This document shows, one piece after another, positions 50,750 to 59,295 of a stretch of 64,000 nt of DNA; position 1 is the stretch's first letter; each line of letters opens with the position of its first letter. The notes under the pieces are model-generated. The model made no database searches. It was not told the origin of the DNA and saw only the letters and a list, made by a program, of their open reading frames with translations. The stretch is from NCBI GenBank assembly GCA_016214655.1, contig JACROC010000006.1, forward strand, positions 21,377 to 85,376, read 5' to 3'. Source of the DNA: Candidatus Harrisonbacteria bacterium (GTDB lineage Bacteria; Patescibacteriota; Minisyncoccia; UBA6257; 02-FULL-45-10c). The translations under genes and the position numbers were made by a program.

Positions 50750-51175
50750 ATGCGCCTGATTAGCAGACAAAAAAACCAATATTTCCTGCGTTTTGATTAC
50801 GGAGAGGACTTTTTAATGGAGTTCAAAAGATTTTTCTTAAACTATAAAATTGGCGGCGGCTGGGTTAGCGGATTGGGCTCCATGATCAATCCGGAGCTTG
50901 CTTATTATGATTTAGAAAAAGGAAAGTACCTTAATAAAAGATTTACAGGTAAGTTTGAAGTTTTAAATTTAACCGGCAACGCCGCTTATCTGGGCAAAAA
51001 TTTGGTTCTACACATTCACATTACCTTGAGTGGCAGAGATTATAAAGTGTTTGGCGGCCATTTAATTGACGGGAAGGTGGGCGGAACTTTGGAGGTGTTT
51101 TTAAATGCCGTATCCGGAACTAAGCGATTAAAGAAAAAACTTGATAGCGCCACTGGTTTGACGCTATTGTATTAG
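50750..51175 (+). CDS. PPC/DUF296 domain protein
   Basis: EVLNLTGN, HIHITL and FGGHL. Confidence 0.88.
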   Translation: MRLISRQKNQYFLRFDYGEDFLMEFKRFFLNYKIGGGWVSGLGSMINPELAYYDLEKGKYLNKRFTGKFEVLNLTGNAAYLGKNLVLHIHITLSGRDYKVFGGHLIDGKVGGTLEVFLNAVSGTKRLKKKLDSATGLTLLY

Positions 51176-51190
51176 AACCGATAAGATTTC

Positions 51191-52390
51191 ATGCCTATTG
51201 AATCACAAAAGAAAATTTTAGGTTTGCGTCCGAATGTTTTCTGGCTGGGGCTGGTAAGCTTATTAAATGATTTTTCTTCTGAATTAATTTATTCGGTCAT
51301 GCCGGCTTTTTTGACCGCGGTTTTAGGTGCGCCCCCTATTTTAGTCGGTTTTATAGAGGGTTTTGCCGATGCCTTGGCGAGTGTTTTAAAGATTTATTCC
51401 GGCTGGTTTTCAGATAAAATCCGAAAGCGGAAGATTCTGGCAGTCACTGGTTATACAATTTCTACGGCTACGCGCTGGTTTTTAGCTTTAGTCGCTAATT
51501 TCTGGCAAGTGTTTATTTTACGCGCGATCGATAGAGTCGGTAAGGGACTTCGCGATTCGCCGCGAGATGCGCTTATTTCCGAATCCGTTGAAGTAAAAGA
51601 GTTGGGAAAATCTTTCGGTTATCATCGTGCGATGGATGGTGTGGGTTCTGCCCTTGGTCCTCTCTGTGCGGTTTTGCTTTTGCCGCTGATTCTGAATGAT
51701 TACCGGTTACTGTTTAAAATTGGATTTGTGGTGGGAATACTGTCGGTCTTAACCTTCATTTTTGTAAAGGATGTTAAAAAGGAAAAAACTTCAGAACCGG
51801 AAGAACCTCATCCGCCCTTCAGTTTTTCTTTAAGAGATTATAGCCATAATTTTAAAGTTTATATTGCGGCGGTTTTTGTTTTCGGTTTGGGGGTGATGCC
51901 GTTGGCGCTTTTATTATTGAAGGCGCAGGAGCTTGGTCTGAACAGCTACGCCATACCTTTGATGTATTTTATTTACAACCTCTCTTTTATTATTTTTGCC
52001 ATTCCGGCTGGAAAACTCGCTGATCGTCTTGGCGACAAAAAAATAATTGCCGGAGGATTTTTAGCCGCTGTCCTGGCATACTTGGAATTGGCATTTTTTG
52101 CTACCGTGCCAGCGGTTATTTTAGGATTTATTTTATTCGGGATCTATTCAGCCATGACTGATGGTGTAGAAAGGGCTTTTGCCGCTAAATTGGTTTCGTC
52201 TGATAAAATTGCGACCGGCCAGGGATTTTTGAATGCGGCCGTAGGAATTTCTTCGCTGCTGGCTGGTTTAGTTGGCGGAGCCATCTGGACCCAATTTGGA
52301 TCCAATACCGCTCTTTTATACGGCGCAGCTATGATGGTTGTTGGGCTATTAACATTTATTCATTTAAATAGGCATCAGAACAATGTATAA
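51191..52390 (+). CDS. MFS transporter
   Basis: 12-TM pattern; GWFSDKIRKRK, DRVGKGLR..PRDALI and GKLADRLG. Confidence 0.92.
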   Translation: MPIESQKKILGLRPNVFWLGLVSLLNDFSSELIYSVMPAFLTAVLGAPPILVGFIEGFADALASVLKIYSGWFSDKIRKRKILAVTGYTISTATRWFLALVANFWQVFILRAIDRVGKGLRDSPRDALISESVEVKELGKSFGYHRAMDGVGSALGPLCAVLLLPLILNDYRLLFKIGFVVGILSVLTFIFVKDVKKEKTSEPEEPHPPFSFSLRDYSHNFKVYIAAVFVFGLGVMPLALLLLKAQELGLNSYAIPLMYFIYNLSFIIFAIPAGKLADRLGDKKIIAGGFLAAVLAYLELAFFATVPAVILGFILFGIYSAMTDGVERAFAAKLVSSDKIATGQGFLNAAVGISSLLAGLVGGAIWTQFGSNTALLYGAAMMVVGLLTFIHLNRHQNNV

Positions 52391-52396
52391 TAAGAT

Positions 52397-52807
52397 ATGG
52401 CCAATATACGGTACGTTTTAGGAGTCATCCTTCTTCTGTACGCGGCGGCATTTGTATTTTTTATTATTGATTGCCGAAGCGCGCCAGATTCGTGTTCCGG
52501 AGAAATTTATCTCACCGGATTGACGATCTTAGCGATTATAGGCGGCTTGGCTTTGTTTAAAAATTTTGCGCATATTGGTTATGCTATTGCCATGATACTG
52601 GGATTATTGGGCTTTGTTTATTCCTGGGCTTTTTACGCGCTCGGTTCCACTGAAACGAATTTACAGCCCGGTACCCTCACTGTCATTTTTCCGTCATTCT
52701 TTTTAATCTTTGGCTTTACCTTTACTTCTAGCGTCGTCGGTCTTATGAAAAAGCCGGCTGAGAAGTTGAAATTAGAATACAAAAAATTAAAGAAAAATAA
52801 TTTTTAA
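52397..52807 (+). CDS. Hypothetical 4-TM membrane protein
   Basis: Hydrophobic ORF in operon position before gap. Confidence 0.6.
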   Translation: MANIRYVLGVILLLYAAAFVFFIIDCRSAPDSCSGEIYLTGLTILAIIGGLALFKNFAHIGYAIAMILGLLGFVYSWAFYALGSTETNLQPGTLTVIFPSFFLIFGFTFTSSVVGLMKKPAEKLKLEYKKLKKNNF

Positions 52808-52809
52808 TT

Positions 52810-53856
52810 ATGGAGAAATATCGCATTGCTATAAACGGATTTGGCAGAATTGGCCGGCTATTTTTCCGGCAGGCTTTTGGCAACAAAAATTTAAATATCG
52901 TAGCCATTAATGATCTCGGTGACATTGAAAACCTCGCTTATCTTTTAAAATATGATTCGGTTTATCGAACTTATGACAAATCGGTGGAATTCAAGCGGGA
53001 TCCAGGCGGGATTGGCGGGGAATTAATAGTTGATGGAAAAGTAATCAAGGTCATTCAAGAAAAAGATTTAACTAAATTGCCGTGGAAGGATTTAAAAATT
53101 GACGTGGCGGTGGAATCTACTGGCGCCTTTGAATCATTTGAGAGGGCTTCATTTCATGTGACTGCGGCCGGCGCCAGGCGGGTGGTAATTTCTGCTCCAG
53201 CTAAAGATGAGGAGGGTGTTGCCGGAGGTAAAACAATTTTGCTTGGAGTTAACGAAGATGAATTTAAAACCTGCAGGGTGTCTTCCAATGGTTCTTGCAC
53301 TACTAACGCCACTTCTCCGGTAGCGGCGATTATGCATGAGGAGATCGGGATTTTAAAGGCATTTTTGGCCACTACTCATGGTTATACCGCTACGCAGAAT
53401 TTAGTTGATGGTCCGACTAAAGGAAAAGATTTTCGTCGTGGCCGGGCAGCGGCAGTGAATATCGCCCCGTCTTTTACCGGAGCGGCGATTTCCGTAACCA
53501 GGGCGATTAAAGATTTAGAGGGAAAATTTGACGGTATTGCGTTACGCGTGCCGATTGTGACCGGTTCGCTTGGTGATTTTACTTTTCTTACTAAAAGAAA
53601 GACTTCCGCGGAGGAAGTAAATGATATTTTTAGAAAAGCCGCTGATTCAAAACGTTGGAAAGGAATTTTAAAAGTTAGCGAGGATCAGCTGGTTTCTTCG
53701 GATATTATCGGCGAATCGGTGGCTGCTATTGTGGATTTGCAATATACCAAAGTTGTTGACGATGATTTGGTGAAAGTTCTAGCTTGGTACGACAACGAAT
53801 GGGGTTATGTGACTACGTTAGTTACGCATGTATTAAGGGCAGCAGACGCAATTTAA
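52810..53856 (+). CDS. gap: Glyceraldehyde-3-phosphate dehydrogenase type I
   Basis: INGFGRIGR, SCTTN and WYDNEWGY. Confidence 0.96.
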   Translation: MEKYRIAINGFGRIGRLFFRQAFGNKNLNIVAINDLGDIENLAYLLKYDSVYRTYDKSVEFKRDPGGIGGELIVDGKVIKVIQEKDLTKLPWKDLKIDVAVESTGAFESFERASFHVTAAGARRVVISAPAKDEEGVAGGKTILLGVNEDEFKTCRVSSNGSCTTNATSPVAAIMHEEIGILKAFLATTHGYTATQNLVDGPTKGKDFRRGRAAAVNIAPSFTGAAISVTRAIKDLEGKFDGIALRVPIVTGSLGDFTFLTKRKTSAEEVNDIFRKAADSKRWKGILKVSEDQLVSSDIIGESVAAIVDLQYTKVVDDDLVKVLAWYDNEWGYVTTLVTHVLRAADAI

Positions 53857-54308
53857 TGCTTGTTTACATTGGCGCTGATCATCGGGGATTTCCTTTAAAG
53901 GAATCCCTTAAAAAATATTTACAGGAAAATGGCTATGAGGCAGTTGATGTTGGGAATAAAAAATTAGATCCTAAAGACGATTATCCTGATTTTGCTTCTA
54001 AGGTTGCTAAAGAAGTCAGTTTAGACCCGGAACACTCTCGGGGTATTGTAATTTGCGGTTCTGGAGTCGGGGTTGATGTGGTAGCGAATAAATATCCGAA
54101 TGTCCGTTCAGCGCTGGCTGCCACGCCGGATCAGGCAATGGATTCCCGCAATGACGACGATACTAATGTCCTTGCTTTGGCGGCTAATTATTTAAGCGAG
54201 GACGAGGCGTTGAAGATTACCGAGGTTTGGCTGCAGACTGATTTTTCCGAGGAAGAGAGGCACTGGAGAAGATTGGGGAAGATTGAAAAAATTGAAGATA
54301 AGCTATAG
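53856..54308 (+). CDS. rpiB: Ribose-5-phosphate isomerase B
   Basis: GADHRG, DDYPD, ICGSGVG and ANK; ATG at 53856. Confidence 0.9.
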   Translation: MLVYIGADHRGFPLKESLKKYLQENGYEAVDVGNKKLDPKDDYPDFASKVAKEVSLDPEHSRGIVICGSGVGVDVVANKYPNVRSALAATPDQAMDSRNDDDTNVLALAANYLSEDEALKITEVWLQTDFSEEERHWRRLGKIEKIEDKL

Positions 54309-55037
54309 TTTCTTATAGAGCTGCTTAAAAATCACTTTTTGGAAATCCGATAAGGCGGAATTTTCAATAATTATCGCCTGTTCGGTATTAAGATCAATAA
54401 AGGCTACCCGGTCCCGATAAATTATCTGGATAATGTTTTGATTGAAGAGATCAACTTCTGGCGGAATAAATTTGATAAAACGCTCCAATCGGGGGCGTTT
54501 TTGCTTGCCGGATATTGGATTGCTGATTACTAACCGTTCCAATCGTTTTTTGTCACGACGCTCACGATAATCTGGAGCTAAATAGCGATTTACCGCTGCC
54601 AGGTCGCGTTCTGAGGTATAACGGTAGAAGGTGTCTCTGGGCTTGCTATGATTAATGACATCGTCAAAAACTGCGCGGATTCCTTTTGGCCCGTGAAAAA
54701 TTCGCATGGAGCTGTTTACAGTTTCGGCATGGGAAAGGTCTTGATTTTTTATTGATCCAGCGAGACTTTCAAGGTTTTTGGTAAATAATTTTAAAATGCG
54801 CTGGCTGTTTTCGGGAACGTAATAATTTCTCTCCCCAATTTTTTTAGTTGAAATTAATTTTGCATCGAGTAAGGCGCGCAGTGCGCGATAGACTGCCGGC
54901 CGGTGGACTTTAGTTTTGGAAACTATTGCGGTAGCCAGCAGGGGACCGCTATTTTTTACTGCTTGGTAGATTTTATCGGTGTGTTTTGGGAACCCAAGCT
55001 GGATGAAAACTTGGGTGAGCTCTGTAATTTCTTTCAT
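54303..55037 (-). CDS. TrmB-family transcriptional regulator
   Basis: N-terminal wHTH (KVHRPAVYRALRAL); F.G.KGIR linker; IYRDRVAFI...IIIEN effector domain. Confidence 0.8.
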   Translation of the reverse strand: MKEITELTQVFIQLGFPKHTDKIYQAVKNSGPLLATAIVSKTKVHRPAVYRALRALLDAKLISTKKIGERNYYVPENSQRILKLFTKNLESLAGSIKNQDLSHAETVNSSMRIFHGPKGIRAVFDDVINHSKPRDTFYRYTSERDLAAVNRYLAPDYRERRDKKRLERLVISNPISGKQKRPRLERFIKFIPPEVDLFNQNIIQIIYRDRVAFIDLNTEQAIIIENSALSDFQKVIFKQLYKKL

Positions 55038-55045
55038 AATATGAG

Positions 55046-55063
55046 TGTACTTTATTTAGTACA
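55046..55063. promoter_or_regulatory. 18-bp inverted-repeat operator, copy 1
   Basis: TGTACT-TTATTT-AGTACA between the divergent regulator and prs; identical copy at 57096. Confidence 0.75.
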
Positions 55064-55116
55064 TATTTTCAAGTTTTTTTGCGGAAATTTAGCATATCTG
55101 ATATGCTCATGGGGTT

Positions 55117-55127
55117 GTTCTTTGAAA
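55117..55127 (+). promoter_or_regulatory. boxA-like motif
   Basis: GTTCTTTGAAA immediately before the AAGGAGG SD. Confidence 0.5.
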
Positions 55128-55139
55128 AGGAGGCAGGAA

Positions 55140-56132
55140 ATGAACCCGTCCCACGAAAACTTATTTGTTCTGGTTTCTTCGCCGCTAATGTATGATCTTG
55201 GCGAGGCAATCATACGGCATCTGGAGGGCCGTAAGATGCAGATGGCGCATCATCGGATTGAATACACCAGTTTTGCCAATGGCGAGTTTCTTCCATACAT
55301 TCCGCAGCCGATCCGCGGACAACATGCCTTTTTTCTTCATGGGCTTCAGCACCCCGATCCTAATTCGGCGGTTATGAAGATGCTTTTGACGGCCGATGCC
55401 ATGCGCCGCGCTTCAGTGGCGGGCATTACTTTAGTGACTCCGTATCTTCCATATTTGCGGCAGGATCGCAAAGACCGGGCGCGGGTGCCGATTTCAGCCA
55501 GGCTTCTCGCTGACTTGATTGAATCTAACCGGACAGTGAAGCAATTGATTACGATTGATATGCACGCTGAGCAGGAGCAGGGATTTTTCTCGATTCCGGT
55601 TGATAATTTAACCGGCGTTCGCCTGTTTTCGGAACACATCCGGGCGAAGTTCGGAGATGATGTCAAAAATCTGGTTGCGGTGGCGGCGGATTTCGGAGCT
55701 GCGGTGCGCACCCGGAGATTAGCGAGGGCGCTCGGTGATATTCCGGCTGCGATCTTTGAGAAGCGGCGGCCAACGCCGAATCAGGCAGAGATTGTTTCTG
55801 TTAATGGTACTAGTGTTGCGGGTAAAGAGGTGGTTATTTACGAAGACATGATTGATACCGGACATACTATTTTAGGAGTTATAAAGACTCTAAAAAATAT
55901 GGGTGCCCGGGGAGTTCATGTTTATGCGACTCATGGGATTTTTAGCGGCGGCGCTGAAAAACATTTTGCTGCTGAAGATTCTGCTGTTGTCTGCACTGAT
56001 TCGATTCCGCGAACGGTTGAATATTATCAGAGGGAGAAATGGCTGACCAGAATTCCGATTGACGCCTATTTTGCTGAAGCTATTTATGCGGCAACGCAGA
56101 TGGGCGGCAGCATCAGCAGGCTTGCGCAATGA
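55140..56132 (+). CDS. prs: Ribose-phosphate pyrophosphokinase
   Basis: FANGE, PYLPYLRQDRK, IDMHA, EDMIDTG and ATHGIF; ATG at 55140 after SD. Confidence 0.9.
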   Translation: MNPSHENLFVLVSSPLMYDLGEAIIRHLEGRKMQMAHHRIEYTSFANGEFLPYIPQPIRGQHAFFLHGLQHPDPNSAVMKMLLTADAMRRASVAGITLVTPYLPYLRQDRKDRARVPISARLLADLIESNRTVKQLITIDMHAEQEQGFFSIPVDNLTGVRLFSEHIRAKFGDDVKNLVAVAADFGAAVRTRRLARALGDIPAAIFEKRRPTPNQAEIVSVNGTSVAGKEVVIYEDMIDTGHTILGVIKTLKNMGARGVHVYATHGIFSGGAEKHFAAEDSAVVCTDSIPRTVEYYQREKWLTRIPIDAYFAEAIYAATQMGGSISRLAQ

Positions 56133-56656
56133 ATCTCAAAGAATATATTCGCGATGTGCCGGATTTCCCAAGAAAAGGTATTTTGTTTAGGGATATTACA
56201 TCCTTACTGGAACAGCCGGAGGCATTTAGAGAAGTTATCAGAGAAATGTCAACTAAGTGGCGCGATAAGATTGACGTCATTACAGCCCTGGATGCCCGGG
56301 GCTTTATTTTCGGCGGGGCGCTTTCGGTAGAGCTTGGAGTTCCTCTGGTGCTTGCGCGAAAGAAAGGAAAATTGCCGGGAAAAACTGTGAGCGTTTCTTA
56401 CGGATTGGAATATGGCACTGATACTTTAGAGATGCATGCTGATTCTTTGACTTCGGGAATGCGCGTTTTGGTGGTTGATGATTTACTGGCAACCGGAGGT
56501 ACGGCAAGCGCAGCTTGCTCGCTTATCGAAAAATTAGGCGCAGAAGTAGCGGGATGCGCTTTTGTAATTGAACTAGAAGGATTGGGAGGCCGTGAGAATC
56601 TTAGCAAATATCAAATACAATCACTTGTGCGTTACACCGAGGAAACAAATGAATAA
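56129..56656 (+). CDS. apt: Adenine phosphoribosyltransferase
   Basis: DFPRKGILFRDIT, ARGF, RKKGKLPG, Y.LEYG and VDDLLATGGT. Confidence 0.95.
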   Translation: MNLKEYIRDVPDFPRKGILFRDITSLLEQPEAFREVIREMSTKWRDKIDVITALDARGFIFGGALSVELGVPLVLARKKGKLPGKTVSVSYGLEYGTDTLEMHADSLTSGMRVLVVDDLLATGGTASAACSLIEKLGAEVAGCAFVIELEGLGGRENLSKYQIQSLVRYTEETNE

Positions 56657-57056
56657 TCCAGCTAAAATTATTTATTGCGCTGATGTCATTGCGCGATATG
56701 GAGAACATATTGTCATTGTAGAGCGACTTGGTTCGGTAAAAGGTTTGGCGCTTCCAGGAGGAAAGCAGGATCCTGGTGAAACTCTTTCGCAAACAGTTAA
56801 GCGAGAATTTCTTGAAGAAACTGGCCTCGAGCTCGTTATTGAAGAAGTATTAGGAACGCGAGCTGAAGACGGCCGTGATCTGCGCGGAAGATATGTTTCA
56901 ACAATATTTCTTGGAACCGCGCATGGTGTGCCGCGTGACGAGGTTGGTAAAACTCGAGTAAAGTTTTTTGATCTTCAGACGCTTGCAGAAAATAGACATC
57001 TTTTTGTCTTTGATCACGCAATTATTCTGGAAGAGTATCGCCGCCTAGTAGGTTAA
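56649..57056 (+). CDS. Nudix hydrolase (ADP-ribose pyrophosphatase-like)
   Basis: ALPGG...GE.....KREFLEETGL Nudix box; RD.RG and FDH. Confidence 0.88.
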   Translation: MNNPAKIIYCADVIARYGEHIVIVERLGSVKGLALPGGKQDPGETLSQTVKREFLEETGLELVIEEVLGTRAEDGRDLRGRYVSTIFLGTAHGVPRDEVGKTRVKFFDLQTLAENRHLFVFDHAIILEEYRRLVG

Positions 57057-57074
57057 TCCGAACGGCGGTTTTTT
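57039..57074 (+). terminator. 36-bp terminator-like direct repeat, copy 1
   Basis: CGCCGCCTAGTAGGTTAATCCGAACGGCGGTTTTTT, overlapping the Nudix stop; identical to 57726-57761. Confidence 0.8.
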
Positions 57075-57095
57075 GTTGCGGGCGATCCATTATTT

Positions 57096-57113
57096 TGTAC
57101 TTTATTTAGTACA
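57096..57113. promoter_or_regulatory. 18-bp operator, copy 2
   Basis: TGTACTTTATTTAGTACA, identical to 55046-55063. Confidence 0.75.
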
Positions 57114-57197
57114 GATTTTCAATTTTTCCAGCATAAATTTTTAAATTCTATTATATTCATTAAGCAGTTCTTTGAAATCGTAAACAGGAGGTGGCTC

Positions 57198-57716
57198 ATG
57201 GAGATCGAGTTGTATCGAAATACTAAAGCCGAGATTCCGGATGGTGAGAAAGAGAAGGATTCTTCAATTAAGAAAGCCCAAGAGCTTTGCAAACGTTATA
57301 GGAATTTGGGGTTAGAAGGGCAGGCTACCATGATTGAAAAAGCGATAAAAGTTGGTGGGCCGCTTATCACTGATAAGATTAAGCCGGATTTATTTTGGCG
57401 GAAAATATCTGATAATGACTTGCGTATTTGGAGAATTTTTTTACCAACCAGTTATAGATCTGATTTGGGGCCTGGCAGGACACTCGCAAGCTATGCTTTT
57501 GACCAAATACCGGAAGAAGTAATTTCGGAGTTTGAGTTAGCAAAAGCACTGCGTTTATTTAATGTTTACGAAGTTAGGACTCCTGAAGGAAGGAATATTG
57601 ATCCGATTTTGATTGGATTGTACGGCAATACCTCATATCTTATTGCTCGCTGGGGGGAAAGCTTGCAATCGTTTGAGGAAATTAAAAGACAAGTGCGTCA
57701 AAGCAGAGGTTGGTAA
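57198..57716 (+). CDS. Hypothetical protein (DPIL...YLIARWGE motif)
   Basis: 172-aa ORF with SD AGGAGG and its own operator and terminator. Confidence 0.8.
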   Translation: MEIELYRNTKAEIPDGEKEKDSSIKKAQELCKRYRNLGLEGQATMIEKAIKVGGPLITDKIKPDLFWRKISDNDLRIWRIFLPTSYRSDLGPGRTLASYAFDQIPEEVISEFELAKALRLFNVYEVRTPEGRNIDPILIGLYGNTSYLIARWGESLQSFEEIKRQVRQSRGW

Positions 57717-57725
57717 AATTATCAG

Positions 57726-57761
57726 CGCCGCCTAGTAGGTTAATCCGAACGGCGGTTTTTT
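57726..57761 (+). terminator. 36-bp terminator-like direct repeat, copy 2
   Basis: Identical to 57039-57074. Confidence 0.8.
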
Positions 57762-57829
57762 ATTTGTATAAGAATTTATTTTATGTTATTTTTTAGTCAG
57801 CAAGAATATTGAAAAGATAAAGAGGCCGG

Positions 57830-58546
57830 ATGATTTCGGAAAAAATCAGCACTTTGGTTTTAATCAGGCACGGCAGATCTTTGAGGAATGTTTATGAAAC
57901 TGCCGGGCCGTTTTATGAAAATAATGAGCAGAGGAGAAAAGTAGGAATTTCGCAGGATCGTTTAATACCGCTGGTTGAGGAAGGATGGGAACAGGCACGC
58001 GGAGCAGGCAAGGGCATTCGCGAATTGTTCGGTGTACCCAATTACCTTTTTAATTCCGGATTTGTAAGAACCAAGCAGACAACCGAAGGGATTTTAGAAG
58101 CCTATTCCGCGGAGGAGCTGAAAAGTTTGACTATTATAGAAAGCCATTTGATCAGGGAGCGCAATCCAGGATATCTTTGGAATTTTACGGTTGCGGAAGT
58201 TGAGAAATTTTTTCCGTGGTGGGAAGAGTATTGGAGAAAAGCTGATCCGTTTATTACTTTTCCGCTTGGCGGCGAAAGTATGGCGAGTATATGCGAGGGA
58301 AGGCTGGCGGCTTTCTTACGTAATTTGGATGGAGAGCTGGCATATGTGCCAGGCGGATCCAAAGTTTTCGTTGTCTCTCACGGCCGGGCGATTTTGGGAA
58401 TGCGGTATCTTTTGGAGAATTGGAACTATGAAAGAATTCATTCTGCTTTGCGCAATGAAAATCCGCCGAATTGTTCCGTTACTTGGTATCAATTTGATAA
58501 TTCTGGAAAAGCAGAATTACAGTTTGCTAATAAAGTTTTTTATTAA
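57830..58546 (+). CDS. Histidine phosphatase (phosphoglycerate mutase family)
   Basis: LIRHG, RT.QT, IRE, GGES and VVSHG. Confidence 0.9.
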   Translation: MISEKISTLVLIRHGRSLRNVYETAGPFYENNEQRRKVGISQDRLIPLVEEGWEQARGAGKGIRELFGVPNYLFNSGFVRTKQTTEGILEAYSAEELKSLTIIESHLIRERNPGYLWNFTVAEVEKFFPWWEEYWRKADPFITFPLGGESMASICEGRLAAFLRNLDGELAYVPGGSKVFVVSHGRAILGMRYLLENWNYERIHSALRNENPPNCSVTWYQFDNSGKAELQFANKVFY

Positions 58547-58570
58547 AACCTCCTTAATTGGGAGGTTTTT
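58546..58570 (+). terminator. Rho-independent terminator
   Basis: AAACCTCC..GGAGGTTTTT. Confidence 0.7.
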
Positions 58571-58574
58571 ATTT

Positions 58575-58612
58575 ACCCCAGTTATATTTGCTATAGCAAA
58601 TATAACTGGGGT
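58575..58612. repeat. 38-bp perfect palindrome, copy C
   Basis: ACCCCAGTTATATTTGCTA|TAGCAAATATAACTGGGGT. Confidence 0.95.
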
Positions 58613-58650
58613 TGGGGCAATATATTTAATTTTTATGGTAAAATATCAAT

Positions 58651-59292
58651 ATGCAAGTAATTCCGGCAATTAATGAAACTATTTTTTCGGAGATAGAGGA
58701 TAAGATAAAAAAAGCCCATGCTTTTGGAGCCGGGTGGGTGCATTTGGATGTAAGCGACGGAAAATTTACGAAAAATACGCTTTGGAATAATCCGAAAGAT
58801 TTAGCTGGTATTTATGCTACGCGGGAACAGCACCCACACATTGAGGTTCATTTGATGGTGGAAAATCCGGATGAGGTCTTAGATGATTGGCTGGATGCCG
58901 GCGTTAAACGAGTGATCGTTCATGTTGAGGCTGTAAAAGATGTTGACGTTATGAAAATGAAATGCGGGATGTTTGGTGTACAGTTGGTATTGGCATCAAA
59001 CCCAGATACGCCAGTAGAGCAATTATTAAAATATAAGGACGACACAGGTGAATTTCTAATCTTAGCTGTTAATCCGGGTCTGGCTGGACAGAAATTTCAA
59101 GAGAATCAGTTAGAGAAAATTAAAACTTTGCGGCAGAAATTTCCTGATGCTAAAATTGAAGTAGACGGCGGAGTTAATTTAGAAAATGCGCCGAAAATTA
59201 AGGAAGCCGGCGCAGATATTCTTGTTGCGGCATCGGCTATTTGGGGGAGTAAGGATCCGAAAGAAGCATATAATAAATTGTCAGAGGTTTAG
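58651..59292 (+). CDS. rpe: Ribulose-phosphate 3-epimerase
   Basis: HLDVSDG, EVHLMV, VNPG..GQ.F and EVDGG. Confidence 0.92.
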   Translation: MQVIPAINETIFSEIEDKIKKAHAFGAGWVHLDVSDGKFTKNTLWNNPKDLAGIYATREQHPHIEVHLMVENPDEVLDDWLDAGVKRVIVHVEAVKDVDVMKMKCGMFGVQLVLASNPDTPVEQLLKYKDDTGEFLILAVNPGLAGQKFQENQLEKIKTLRQKFPDAKIEVDGGVNLENAPKIKEAGADILVAASAIWGSKDPKEAYNKLSEV

Positions 59293-59295
59293 TGT

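Noticed and set aside
52995-53021. GCGGGA-like triplet repeat in gap
   Set aside because: Short, irregularly spaced and explainable by Gly/Arg codons.
54903-55139. 79-aa N-terminal extension of Prs
   Set aside because: It overlaps the divergent regulator and the promoter; a strong SD supports ATG 55140.
57039-57761. 36-bp direct repeats as a CRISPR array or prophage att sites
   Set aside because: Only two copies 687 bp apart, shaped like terminators, with no integrase or phage genes nearby.
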